Shown here one piece after another: positions 28,345 through 38,205 of a stretch of 64,000 bases of DNA (position 1 is the stretch's first letter; each line of letters begins with the position of its first letter). The DNA is from Candidatus Bathyarchaeota archaeon. Its GTDB lineage: Archaea > Thermoproteota > Bathyarchaeia > Bathyarchaeales > Bathycorpusculaceae. The DNA lies in contig CAWGZR010000009.1 in NCBI GenBank assembly GCA_963827165.1, positions 32,001 through 96,000 on the forward strand. Reading direction: 5' to 3'. Position numbers and translations under genes: made by a program. Below the pieces are notes generated by a model. The model did no database searches and was not told the DNA's origin. It worked only from the letters and a program-made list of their open reading frames with translations.

Positions 28345-28979
28345 ACCTAAACCTTGAAGGAAAACGCGTCGTAGTAGTGGGTGGAGGTTCAGAAGGGTAC
28401 AGAAAAACAGTTGACTTCTTAGACGCAGGAGCCAAAATTTTGGTTGTAAGCCAATCCTTTTCGAGCAACATGACAAAGCTGTATAGCGAAAAAAAGATCT
28501 CAATTCTAAAAGAAAAAATTGAAAACGCAGAATCTTTCATGGACAGTTTTGACCCTAAGCCAGACATAGTTGTCGCAGTCACAAGTAACAGCGAATTCAA
28601 CTCCAGCCTAATTGACTGCGCGAAATCGTCGGGATGCATGGTTTACGCTCCGGACAATCCTTTGGTTAGCGATTTTGCTCTTCCCGCGACGGCAAGTGTT
28701 GGGGACGTAAGAATTGCAGTTTCAACAGGCGGGAAAAGCCCTGCAATGGCAAGCGTCCTGAGAAAACGGATTGAGAAAATGATTACTGCCGAGGATCTGC
28801 TTCAAATAAAACTCCAGGAGTATTTGCGGGATCTTTTGAAAAGGCAGGGGGGCGACCAAAAAGTTCGTAAAGAACTCCTCTACAAAGTGATCGAGGACTT
28901 GGATATTCAAAGGCTTCTCAAGGAGAATAAGTTTGAAGAAGCCAAGGAAAAAGCGGCAGATATTGTTCAAAAGACTTAA
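28335..28979 (+). CDS. sirC: Precorrin-2 dehydrogenase (SirC/Met8-like, CysG N-terminal part)
   Basis: VVVVGGG, DFALPA, AVSTGGKSPAMA. Confidence 0.9.
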   Translation: MLIDLNLEGKRVVVVGGGSEGYRKTVDFLDAGAKILVVSQSFSSNMTKLYSEKKISILKEKIENAESFMDSFDPKPDIVVAVTSNSEFNSSLIDCAKSSGCMVYAPDNPLVSDFALPATASVGDVRIAVSTGGKSPAMASVLRKRIEKMITAEDLLQIKLQEYLRDLLKRQGGDQKVRKELLYKVIEDLDIQRLLKENKFEEAKEKAADIVQKT

Positions 28980-29043
28980 TTAAAAAAATCAAAGTAACAA
29001 TTTCACAATAACGTTAAGTTAAAAAGATTTAGGAGATAACAGC

Positions 29044-30024
29044 ATGAGTTTCCCACAAGTTAGAATGCGAAGGCTCAGAAGAACAGCTGCGTTGAGAAAT
29101 ATGATAAACAACGTTAAGCTTCAGCCAAGTGACATAATTTATCCTCTTTTTGTTGATGAAAACGCCAAAAAACCAATTCCTATAAAGAGCATGCCGGGAG
29201 TTTATCGGCTCCCCCTCAACGACGTAGTGAATGATGTTCGACATGCGATGGAGCAGGATGTTAAATCGGTTATTCTTTTTGGAATACCCTCCAAGAAGGA
29301 TGAAACGGGGTCGGGTGCATTCGCGACCGATGGAATTGTTCAGAAGGCGATTAAGAAACTGAAAGATGAGTTTAGTGAAGAATTAGTTGTCATAGCCGAC
29401 ATTTGCCTCTGCGAATACACGAGTCATGGACACTGCGGCATCCTAAAGGATGAGCAAGTTCAAAATGATCAAACGCTTGCAATCCTACAGAAAGTAGCAG
29501 TCAGCCAAGCACAGGCTGGAGTTGACATTGCAGCACCTTCCGCCATGATGGATGGACAAGTTGAATCTATAAGAGAAGCTCTGGATGATTCGGGTTTTGA
29601 CCAAACCGCAATAATGGCTTACTCATCAAAGTACGCCTCCAGCTTCTACGGTCCATTCAGAGACGCAGCCGACTCAACACCTAAGTTTGGCAACCGAAAA
29701 AGTTACCAGATGAGTTGGGGAAATCAGAAGGAAGCTCTCAGAGAAATCGAGTTAGACGTTAACGAAGGTGCAGACATTGTCATGGTGAAGCCGGCGTTAG
29801 CCTACATGGACATAATAAGCTTAGCTAAAAAGAAATTTGACGTGCCAGTCGCAGCCTACAACGTAAGCGGGGAATATGCCATGATAAAAGCTGCCGCACA
29901 AAATGGGTGGATTGACGAGAAAACGGCTGCTCTTGAAGTTCTAACAGGAATTAAGCGTGCTGGCGCAGACACGATTATAACCTACTTTGCAAAAGACGTG
30001 AAAGAATGGCTGAATCAAACTTAG
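29044..30024 (+). CDS. hemB: Porphobilinogen synthase
   Basis: RMRRLR, CLCEYTSHGHCG, FYGPFRDAA, MVKPAL. Confidence 0.97.
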   Translation: MSFPQVRMRRLRRTAALRNMINNVKLQPSDIIYPLFVDENAKKPIPIKSMPGVYRLPLNDVVNDVRHAMEQDVKSVILFGIPSKKDETGSGAFATDGIVQKAIKKLKDEFSEELVVIADICLCEYTSHGHCGILKDEQVQNDQTLAILQKVAVSQAQAGVDIAAPSAMMDGQVESIREALDDSGFDQTAIMAYSSKYASSFYGPFRDAADSTPKFGNRKSYQMSWGNQKEALREIELDVNEGADIVMVKPALAYMDIISLAKKKFDVPVAAYNVSGEYAMIKAAAQNGWIDEKTAALEVLTGIKRAGADTIITYFAKDVKEWLNQT

Positions 30025-31325
30025 AAGACACAAAGTCAAAAGCGTTGTTCGAAAGGGCAAAGAGGGTTCTTCCGGGCGGCGTGAACAGTCCCGTCAGGGC
30101 TTTCGAACCCAACCCTTTCTTCGTGACACGAGCGAAAGGCTCAAAAATTTACGGTGCCGACGGCGAAACATACATTGATTTTTGTATGGCCTACGGCGCC
30201 CTTTTACTTGGTCACGCCGACAGAGAAGTCATGAAGGCGGTGACCGCCCAGCTTCGAAAAGGTTCACTTTATGGTGCGCCAACTGAATTGGAAGTAGAAT
30301 TCGCCGAATTCATACGGAAACTGGTTCCAAGTCTGGAAATGCTGCGGCTGGTTAACACGGGAACAGAAGCCACAATGCACGCCGTAAGGGCTGCAAGAGG
30401 GTACACTAGGAGAAAAAAACTTGTTAAGTTTGAAGGATGCTTCCATGGATCTCACGATAGCGTACTCGTGAAGGCGGGTTCGGGCGCGGCGACATTCGGA
30501 GTTCCTAATTCAGCTGGAATTCCTGAAGAGACAACAAAGAACACGATTGTCTTGCCTTACAACAGCCTTGACACCTTAGAAACGGTTTTCAAGCAGCAGG
30601 GAAACGAAATTGCCGCGGTCATTGCGGAGCCAGTTATCGGCAACGCCGGTCTCATCTTGCCCAAGACCAACTATCTGAACGAGTTGAGAAAGATCACCCG
30701 AGAATATGGATCCATTTTAATTTTCGACGAAATAATTACGGGTTTCCGACTCGACATAGGAGGCGCGCAAAAACACTTCAATATCAAGCCTGACATTACC
30801 ACATTGGGCAAAGTGCTCGGCGGCGGCTTCCCAATTGCGGTGTTTGGCGGAAGAAAAGAGATTATGCAAAACATGTCGCCCATAGGAAGTGTTTACCAAG
30901 CGGGAACTTTCAGCGGGAATCCCGTTTCAGTGGCAGCGGGCTACACTGCCCTAAAAATCCTCAACCTTAATGAATCAGAGATATATCCGAATCTTGAAAA
31001 GAACTGTTCTGAACTAAGCAAAGCCCTTGTAGACTTAGCTGCGGACTATCATTTAGATGCACAAGTTTACAACCTTGCTTCAATGTACCAAATATTCTTC
31101 TCGTCACAGCCGATTTGCGACATGGCAACCGCTAAATCCGCAGATACTCAAATGTTCCAAACATACTTCCATGAACTCCTAAAGCAAGGAGTTTTCATTC
31201 CGCCTTCCCAGTTTGAGACTTGTTTCTTATCTTCAGCACACACAGAAAAAGATCTGAAAGCTGCAGTGAACGCATTTGACAAAGCTCTGAGGGTTGCATC
31301 AAAAACAAAGAGTAGGTTTGCTTAA
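30006..31325 (+). CDS. hemL: Glutamate-1-semialdehyde aminomutase
   Basis: PGGVNSPVRAF, NTGTEATM, FDEIITGFR, GKVLGGG, GTFSGNP. Confidence 0.97.
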   Translation: MAESNLEDTKSKALFERAKRVLPGGVNSPVRAFEPNPFFVTRAKGSKIYGADGETYIDFCMAYGALLLGHADREVMKAVTAQLRKGSLYGAPTELEVEFAEFIRKLVPSLEMLRLVNTGTEATMHAVRAARGYTRRKKLVKFEGCFHGSHDSVLVKAGSGAATFGVPNSAGIPEETTKNTIVLPYNSLDTLETVFKQQGNEIAAVIAEPVIGNAGLILPKTNYLNELRKITREYGSILIFDEIITGFRLDIGGAQKHFNIKPDITTLGKVLGGGFPIAVFGGRKEIMQNMSPIGSVYQAGTFSGNPVSVAAGYTALKILNLNESEIYPNLEKNCSELSKALVDLAADYHLDAQVYNLASMYQIFFSSQPICDMATAKSADTQMFQTYFHELLKQGVFIPPSQFETCFLSSAHTEKDLKAAVNAFDKALRVASKTKSRFA

Positions 31326-31326
31326 A

Positions 31327-32259
31327 ATGAAGTTGATTGTTGGCACCAGAGGAAGCAGGCTTTCCAGAATGCAGACCGCAAAGTTCCTTGAAGATCTTAA
31401 GCAAGCACACCCGGAAGCAGAGTTTAAGCTTAAGATTATAAAGACATTGGGCGATGCGGAAAAGCTAAAACCACTTTTCACGATTGATAGCCAAGGCATT
31501 TTCGAAAAAGAAATCGATCAGGCACTTATGAAAGGAGAAGTAGACTTCGCAGTCGCCAGCCTCAAAGATGTCCCCACCGCAGAAGTAACTGACACCGTTG
31601 TTGCCGCTATACCTAGGCGGGCTTCACCTTGTGATGTGCTTATTTCTAAAGACAAGACCGCTTTGAAAGAGCTGCGAAAAGGCGCAGTTATCGGAACGGG
31701 CAGTTTGAGAAGACTTGCGCAGGTTAAACATTTACGTCCTGACCTTGATGTTCAGCCTATTCGAGGCAACGTCGATACCCGGATCCAGAAAGTAAGAAGA
31801 GGCGAAGTAGACGGCATAATAGTCGCCGAGGCGGGTTTGGAACGAATGGGGTTAGCCGACCAGGTTACAGAGAGGTTCTCGCTAGAGTTGTTTCCTTCAG
31901 CGCCTGGGCAAGGTGCCTTAGCTGTCGTGACCAGAAAAAGCGATTGTAAGACAATGAAGTTTTTAAGTGTAATGGAGCATGCGCCGACTCGTTCCGAAGT
32001 TACGGCGGAAAGAAGCCTTATGCTTCAGCTTGGTGGCGGCTGTCGAGTGCCCATCGGGGCAGTTGGGAAAGCAAATAGTCATGCATTAACTCTTCAGGGT
32101 GTAATGTTTACTCTTGATGGGAAAAGTAAAATCGAAGGTTTTGAGCATGGTGACGTTAACGATGCGGAAGCTCTCGGCAAGAAAGTTGCTCAAAGACTTT
32201 TGGAGCAGGGAGCCAAAGAAATCGAGCTAAAATGGAGAGAAAAATATGGTCCATGGTAA
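31327..32259 (+). CDS. hemC: Porphobilinogen deaminase
   Basis: GTRGSRL, GIFEKEI, SLKDVP, GTGSLRR, RGNVDTR, GGGCRVP. Confidence 0.96.
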   Translation: MKLIVGTRGSRLSRMQTAKFLEDLKQAHPEAEFKLKIIKTLGDAEKLKPLFTIDSQGIFEKEIDQALMKGEVDFAVASLKDVPTAEVTDTVVAAIPRRASPCDVLISKDKTALKELRKGAVIGTGSLRRLAQVKHLRPDLDVQPIRGNVDTRIQKVRRGEVDGIIVAEAGLERMGLADQVTERFSLELFPSAPGQGALAVVTRKSDCKTMKFLSVMEHAPTRSEVTAERSLMLQLGGGCRVPIGAVGKANSHALTLQGVMFTLDGKSKIEGFEHGDVNDAEALGKKVAQRLLEQGAKEIELKWREKYGPW

Positions 32260-33001
32260 AGTTTTTTTAGTGGGCGCGGGACCGGGCGACCCCAAACTGC
32301 TTACGGTGAAAGCTGAGGCGCTTTTGAAGACGGCAGAGGTGGTAGTCTATGATCGCTTGGTTGGCGAAGAAATCCTTAAATTGGTTCCTGAAACTGCCGA
32401 GAAAATATATGTTGGGAAACGAACGGGCAAGCATGTTGTTCCCCAAGAAAAAATCACTGAACTGCTCGTCGAAAAAGCACTCGCTTGCAAGAACGTGGTC
32501 AGGCTGAAGGGTGGGGACCCATTTATTTTTGGCAGAGGCGGCGAAGAAGCTGAAGCATTAGCCGACAACAAAATTGAGTTTGAAGTGGTGCCAGGTGTTT
32601 CTTCATCCGTTGCAGCACCGATGTACGCTGGAATTCCCTTGACGCATAGAAACTTCGCTTCATCCGTGGCAATAGTAACAGGTCACCGAGCAGGAGAAGG
32701 AGAAAGAACCGTTGATTGGGCCAAGATTGCAGGCGCAGTCGACACTATTGTGGTTCTCATGGGCGTTGAGTCTTTAGATGCAATCACGAAGAAGCTGTTG
32801 GAAGGCGGGTTAAACCCAGCAACACCCGTGGCCGTAATCGAAAAAGGAACTTCGGCGGAGCAGAGAACGGTAACTGGTACCATCAACAATATATTCAAAG
32901 TTGCAGAGGCAGCAAAAATAATGCCTCCAGCCGTTATAATCATAGGCGAAGTTGTCTCCTTGGGCAGGAAACTTTCATGGTTCAAAACCAATCCGCGTTG
33001 A
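32246..33001 (+). CDS. cobA: Uroporphyrinogen-III C-methyltransferase
   Basis: VGAGPGDP, YDRLV, RLKGGDPFIFGRGGEE, GIPLTHR. Confidence 0.95.
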   Translation: MVHGKVFLVGAGPGDPKLLTVKAEALLKTAEVVVYDRLVGEEILKLVPETAEKIYVGKRTGKHVVPQEKITELLVEKALACKNVVRLKGGDPFIFGRGGEEAEALADNKIEFEVVPGVSSSVAAPMYAGIPLTHRNFASSVAIVTGHRAGEGERTVDWAKIAGAVDTIVVLMGVESLDAITKKLLEGGLNPATPVAVIEKGTSAEQRTVTGTINNIFKVAEAAKIMPPAVIIIGEVVSLGRKLSWFKTNPR

Positions 33002-33819
33002 AAGGCAAAACCATAGCCGTGACCCGCCCATGCGGTCAAGCTGACGAAGAAGCAGAAATTATAATGAAAAACGGCGGCAGCCCATATTTGATCCCGACCA
33101 TAGAGATCAAGACTCTGAACGACTTGTCGCCCATAAAAAAGTTTATTGAGGAACTTACACTGGGAAAATTTGACTATGCCGTTTTCATGAGTGTAAACGG
33201 AGTAAAACACCTTTTAGCAGCCGCTGAAAACCTTAATCTCTCAAAAGAATTATTGGGTGGTTTAGAAAAAACTGTCATTGTGGCGGTAGGACCCAGAACC
33301 GCAGAGGAACTTAGAACCCACCACATTGACGTGAATCTTGTTCCCTTAAAGTACACCTCAGAAGGAATTGCAGAATGCATGCAGCCCTTAGGCGTCTTCA
33401 AAAAGAAAATAGCAATTCCCAGAACATCCTCAGCAAACCCAACTCTAAAAGAAAAACTAACAGAGATGGGCGGCATAGTTAAAGAAATCTTTGTTTACGA
33501 GTCGGGACTTCCTGCTGAAAGCGAATTGACAAAAAAGTTTTTACATGATTTGTCATCGGGAAGGATTCACGCCATCGTTTTTGGAAGCGGGTTATGCGCG
33601 AAGAATCTTTTTGAAATGCTCAAAGACATAGTCTCGCCGGATGAACTTGCGTCACTTTTGGGCTGCAAAGCAACAGTTGTCGCTATCGGACCGGTGACTG
33701 CAAGGACTTTGATCGAAATAGGTGTTAAAGTTAACGTGAAGCCAGAGTCACATACGTTTAAAGACGCAATAAGTGCGTTAGTCCGATTCTGGCAGGCGGA
33801 TTCACGAATTAGCTATTAG
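32977..33819 (+). CDS. hemD: Uroporphyrinogen-III synthase
   Basis: AVTRP, FMSVNGV, AVGPRTA, VYES, AIGPVTA. Confidence 0.92.
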   Translation: MVQNQSALKGKTIAVTRPCGQADEEAEIIMKNGGSPYLIPTIEIKTLNDLSPIKKFIEELTLGKFDYAVFMSVNGVKHLLAAAENLNLSKELLGGLEKTVIVAVGPRTAEELRTHHIDVNLVPLKYTSEGIAECMQPLGVFKKKIAIPRTSSANPTLKEKLTEMGGIVKEIFVYESGLPAESELTKKFLHDLSSGRIHAIVFGSGLCAKNLFEMLKDIVSPDELASLLGCKATVVAIGPVTARTLIEIGVKVNVKPESHTFKDAISALVRFWQADSRISY

Positions 33820-33930
33820 GTTTAAGCGCCACGTCATCTTTTCTTCAGGATTTTTAATACGAAGATCGCGTCAAGATTTGAGGTTCATAATTGATAAATC
33901 AAACATTCACTAAACCAATGAAGGATAGTA

Positions 33931-34128
33931 ATGGAAACCAATCAAGAAACACAGATACCCTGTGCCAAATGCCAATCGTATAATGCAGAAAGAAGAAAAT
34001 TCTCCTGCAAACCTCACATCTGCAAAGAACTCTCAGCATGGCTTCTAAAACATGTTCCCCAACTCGCGCCGAACCCAAACAAGATTGAATGGCATCTTCA
34101 GGAAACTATAATCCCGTACGTGGTTTAA
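33931..34128 (+). CDS. Small putative Zn-binding protein
   Basis: 65 aa, CAKC...CKPHIC; purine-rich RBS upstream. Confidence 0.55.
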   Translation: METNQETQIPCAKCQSYNAERRKFSCKPHICKELSAWLLKHVPQLAPNPNKIEWHLQETIIPYVV

Positions 34129-34174
34129 GCCACGCGCATTACTTTCTGAGCAGCAGTTTAATCTCCTAAAACTG

Positions 34175-34813
34175 TTGTTGCGACTCAACAGTCACAAAAC
34201 TATACAACAGCAAGAAGCCTACTTTTATGGTGTGAAATTCAAATCTCTACATGAAAAATCAAGGCTCCTTGACAGTTCAATAGATGAATATCTCAAGGCA
34301 AATGGAAGTTTTGTTCCAATGCGCCAGCTGCAGGAAAAAGTCCAAGCTGTTTTTCCCGATGCTGTTATGGTTAATTTTGGGTTGCATAAACTTGTTTTTC
34401 ACCTGCGGCATAAGAGCCATGAGTTGGTTCTTAAAGTTGGGAAGGCACAGGCGGTGGAGCGTGACCACAGAGTCTACAAGCAGATGCCGCCAAACTTGAG
34501 GCATGTGTATCTTGCAAGGATTTTTTGGCACACCCAATATTCGATTCTACAGGAGTACGGCGTTGAAGCTGACGTTTCATCGGAGAGCCTTGCACAGCTC
34601 AAAGAGATAGCGGAGCAGTACGGCTTATTGGACATAACATGCGACAACGTCAGGAGCGTAGACGGAAAATTGAAAATCATAGATGCAAACATCGCGCCAA
34701 CGGGGCTATTTCCACTCTGGAAAACGGCTGATACCATCAGGGACATCTTACCGCCGCCAATCAGAAAAGCAATAAGGAAGACCCGACTGCTCATCAGCGT
34801 TAAGGAAAAATAG
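34175..34813 (+). CDS. Minimal protein-kinase-like fold protein (alternative start GTG 34232)
   Basis: FGLHKLVF, VLKV, LQEY, DITCDNV and KIID occur in kinase subdomain order. Confidence 0.55.
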   Translation: MLRLNSHKTIQQQEAYFYGVKFKSLHEKSRLLDSSIDEYLKANGSFVPMRQLQEKVQAVFPDAVMVNFGLHKLVFHLRHKSHELVLKVGKAQAVERDHRVYKQMPPNLRHVYLARIFWHTQYSILQEYGVEADVSSESLAQLKEIAEQYGLLDITCDNVRSVDGKLKIIDANIAPTGLFPLWKTADTIRDILPPPIRKAIRKTRLLISVKEK

Positions 34814-34892
34814 GTACAGTTTTGATTGTTTTCTTTCTTTTGTTTTTTCGGAAAAACATATCAAGCCGATGCATTCATCATGAAAGTGTAAC

Positions 34893-36227
34893 ATGACAGT
34901 CACTTCGCCTCTGCAAAACGTCCATGGTTCAGACAACTGGCTAAAAGACATTTTGAACGCGGCGAAACTGGCAAGCACCGACCAACTGTTTACACGGACC
35001 TCAGAGGACAGCCTCTGCGTTTTATGCAAAGGCGCAAGGTTTCTCTGTGGCAAAACCCGTTGCCCAATCATGCTTAAAGTAAACTACTTCCTAAAAAGCG
35101 TCCCCTTGATGAGCGAAGACATCGCCGGCATGTCGCCCCCAAGCGTTTTCATTGGGCGAATTGGATACCCAAACGTCTATGCAGGACCCCTTGTCCCACC
35201 TATTCATGAAGACACGGCAATTTACGATTTGCCTGAACGATGGTTCGGTAAATCCATGGATGAAATCGTCGGTTTCCGCAGTCTCCTTGTAAGGGGAAAG
35301 CACAGGGTTAATGTAAGAAACTTCAATAGCGCTGGGAAGATCCTGGATCAAACCCGCGAGCTAGCCCTTGCCGACAGCAGCGTAGACATCGAATTGAACC
35401 TCACCAAAAAACCTCACAGCTCCCTCTTTCTTGACGACAATGTGCAACCGTTCGGTCCCTCCGCGCCCATTCGGGACTTACATGTCGGCAATGCACGCTA
35501 TGACGACAAAATAGAGAAGGCATACTACGACTCGGATCTTCGTGCTCAACCCGCGGTGCTTGAACTCTACGGAAAGGGAGTTATGGTTAGTAAGATCCAA
35601 AAGGCATTCAGTGTGGGTGCATTCGGAGTGGAAAAAAACAGGCGTTTAGTTCCGACGCGCTGGAGCATAACTGCCGTCGACGACATGATCTCTAAGAATT
35701 TGATGACGAAAGTAAGAACCTACCCTGAAATCAACGAGTTCCGCGTTTACGAATCAATCTATTTGGATAACGTTTTTGAAATCTTGATGATTCCGCAACA
35801 GTGGAGTTACGAATCCATGGAAGCTTGGTACCCCGGCACCGTTTGGAACCCAACGGGCAACAGCATTGCAATCTATTCGGATTGGGAAGGCAACAGTGGG
35901 CGAACAACTTACGCTGCAATAGGCGGCTGCTATTACTCCGCCCGGCTGGCAACGTGTGAGCAGCTTGAGAGAGAACGACGGCAAGCCACAGTTGTAGTGT
36001 TACGGGAAGCACGACCTGGGTACATAATGCCAATCGGCGTCTGGCAAGTCCGTGAAAACGTCAGAAACGCCATGAAGCAGAAACCCTTCGTTTTCAAAAG
36101 TTTGGCAGAGTCGCTGCAGTTCATCGGCGGCAGATTTGAGATTCCTATGCAACGTTGGATATTGCAAAGTGAACTATTGAAGAAGGCGTTGTTCCAAAAG
36201 AAAATATCCGACTTCTTCAAAGCTTAA
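34893..36227 (+). CDS. nreA: Archaeal DNA repair protein Nre
   Basis: CVLCKG...LCG..RCP, SPPSVFIG, RRLVPTRWSITAVD, GCYYSAR; C-terminal PIP box QKKISDFF. Confidence 0.92.
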   Translation: MTVTSPLQNVHGSDNWLKDILNAAKLASTDQLFTRTSEDSLCVLCKGARFLCGKTRCPIMLKVNYFLKSVPLMSEDIAGMSPPSVFIGRIGYPNVYAGPLVPPIHEDTAIYDLPERWFGKSMDEIVGFRSLLVRGKHRVNVRNFNSAGKILDQTRELALADSSVDIELNLTKKPHSSLFLDDNVQPFGPSAPIRDLHVGNARYDDKIEKAYYDSDLRAQPAVLELYGKGVMVSKIQKAFSVGAFGVEKNRRLVPTRWSITAVDDMISKNLMTKVRTYPEINEFRVYESIYLDNVFEILMIPQQWSYESMEAWYPGTVWNPTGNSIAIYSDWEGNSGRTTYAAIGGCYYSARLATCEQLERERRQATVVVLREARPGYIMPIGVWQVRENVRNAMKQKPFVFKSLAESLQFIGGRFEIPMQRWILQSELLKKALFQKKISDFFKA

Positions 36228-36265
36228 TCGCGGACCATCCTGTCGAAATTGAAGTTTTCAGTTGG

Positions 36266-37939
36266 GTGACAACAAATTTTAAAAAAGAAGCATCATTATA
36301 CTCTGAACTGAATCCTATGTTAAACCCTGCCTTGAGAAAGTTCCTTTTGCCCTTTGCACCACAAAAAAGCAAGGAGCCTTTCAACGCGGAACTTGAAGAA
36401 GCCACCGTTTACGCGTTCGCGGAGCTTGAAAGAGTTAAGGGCGGCGGATTAATTTTGAAGCAGCCTGAGGAGAAGCTCGTGTTTTTAGCCAAAATCGGCT
36501 ATCCACTTTGGTTGCTTCCCAATGGCGAAACAACCTACATTTTCGATGATTTAAAAAACACAAAGTACGTTATGACCTATTTTGAATTGCCTTCTACAAA
36601 AGCCTTCACAGATGGTCTAGAAACCAACTCCAAGACTATAGAGAACTTCATGACTTTCTTATCCGATCACAGTAACTATTTTTTGCAGCCGAAAAAGGAG
36701 AAGGAGCTTTCGGTTGACAATTTGATCGTCGACTCGGATTTCAAACGGGAATTTGCCATTTACCGCCGCGAAGCCGTTGAAGTTACGGCTCAAACGACAA
36801 ACGCTTTGCTCCCACCTGTTCAGCAAGAAACTGCAGTTTCATCGCTCTTGACGGAAATTGTGTATCTGCAGGCTGGTGCGAGGGAAGACGCAAACAAGCT
36901 TGCTGAATGCCTAAGATCCGTCAAAAGAACAACAGGCGAATACGTCGCGGACCTTGATTACGCTGCGAAAGCCGTCGAGGACGAGGCAAACGCCAAAATT
37001 AAAGCTCAACAAGAATTCATAAACCCCAAAATCATGAACCTGAACAACCTTTACAAGAAGCGAATAGCAGACGTCACCAGAAGCTTTGACCGAGAACTTG
37101 AAATCTGGGTGAAAATAAAGTCGAAGAACGAAAAACACACGGAGAATGACCAGGAAAAAATTAGAACCTACATGCGAGAAGCCGAAGCTCAAGCATCAAA
37201 AAACCATGCTATTTACGAGAAGCGATGGAAAGAAAAAATTGCACAAACAAAAAAAGAAATCAACGGAATAAAGAAAGAACTAAAACGCGCTGAAAAAAAC
37301 ATTAAAAACCTCACAAAACAGAAAAAATCGCAGACAACCAAGTTCCAGTTTGAATTGGAAACGGAAATTAAGCGGCTCCGCCAGCCCCTATACGACTTGG
37401 AGGTCGCCCGCGACGCCAAAATGCTTGTTTTTAAACGGGAAACAGAGAAGCTGCTTAAACTCGAAAAACCCTTAGTCGACGGGCTTAACGACGCGATTAA
37501 ACTGGGAGAAACCGTGAACGCGAAGTTCGCAGTGCTTGGCAATGTAGATCAACAACTGAAGAGCCCAGCTCTATTCTACATTCCTTTCTACGCTGCATAC
37601 TACCAATCGGGATCAAGCAGACGCTTCATTTTTCTTTCCCCGTCCACAGCAAGCGACGAAGGTTTCAGCTCCAAAATTAAAGGCGCATTGGGCAGGTCAA
37701 AGATTAAGCAGCTTGTGATTCCACGTTTCAAAGCCATTTCGAGTTTGATCGACAACATACAAGTCCTTGTTAAACAGGACAGCTCCTTAGACAGTCAAAT
37801 CCGAAGTTTAGGAGAAAAAAACAACATTTTGAACAGCCCTTTAATGCGCGGCAAAATTGCCGATGGATCGCTTCGCCTCAGAAGTGAAGGTTGGCTTTCA
37901 GACAAGGAATACGAGGAAGTAAACGACAGTTTGGCATGA
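36266..37939 (+). CDS. Hypothetical protein with a long central coiled coil
   Basis: 557 aa; K/E-rich heptad region flanked by YPLW and YIPFY globular segments. Confidence 0.8.
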   Translation: MTTNFKKEASLYSELNPMLNPALRKFLLPFAPQKSKEPFNAELEEATVYAFAELERVKGGGLILKQPEEKLVFLAKIGYPLWLLPNGETTYIFDDLKNTKYVMTYFELPSTKAFTDGLETNSKTIENFMTFLSDHSNYFLQPKKEKELSVDNLIVDSDFKREFAIYRREAVEVTAQTTNALLPPVQQETAVSSLLTEIVYLQAGAREDANKLAECLRSVKRTTGEYVADLDYAAKAVEDEANAKIKAQQEFINPKIMNLNNLYKKRIADVTRSFDRELEIWVKIKSKNEKHTENDQEKIRTYMREAEAQASKNHAIYEKRWKEKIAQTKKEINGIKKELKRAEKNIKNLTKQKKSQTTKFQFELETEIKRLRQPLYDLEVARDAKMLVFKRETEKLLKLEKPLVDGLNDAIKLGETVNAKFAVLGNVDQQLKSPALFYIPFYAAYYQSGSSRRFIFLSPSTASDEGFSSKIKGALGRSKIKQLVIPRFKAISSLIDNIQVLVKQDSSLDSQIRSLGEKNNILNSPLMRGKIADGSLRLRSEGWLSDKEYEEVNDSLA

Positions 37940-38015
37940 CTCTTGGAATAAAGTTTCTAGCCATTTTAGAAGAAGACTTATAGGTTGCCACTGTTAACCT
38001 GTGGTGGTTTCTAAA

Positions 38016-38099
38016 ATGGTAAACCTATTTGTCAAAGAAGAAGAAAACGAAGAAGATTGCGACGACTGCGACTGCGAAGATTGCGAAGACGAAGAATAA
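38016..38099 (+). CDS. Uncalled 27-aa acidic Cys-rich peptide
   Basis: MVNLFVKEEENEEDCDDCDCEDCEDEE with its own GAAGAC-TTATA box, GGTGG RBS and downstream T-tract. Confidence 0.7.
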   Translation: MVNLFVKEEENEEDCDDCDCEDCEDEE

Positions 38100-38111
38100 A
38101 GCAACTCATCA

Positions 38112-38126
38112 CTTCTTTTTTTCTTT
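38112..38126 (+). terminator. Archaeal oligo-T terminator
   Basis: T-rich tract about 12 nt after the peptide stop codon. Confidence 0.5.
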
Positions 38127-38205
38127 AAAACCACTTAATTTAAATGTGTTCCTCGAAAAACTTAATGCGCTCTTTCGCCTTCAATAAACCTAAGGCGATT
38201 TTGAA

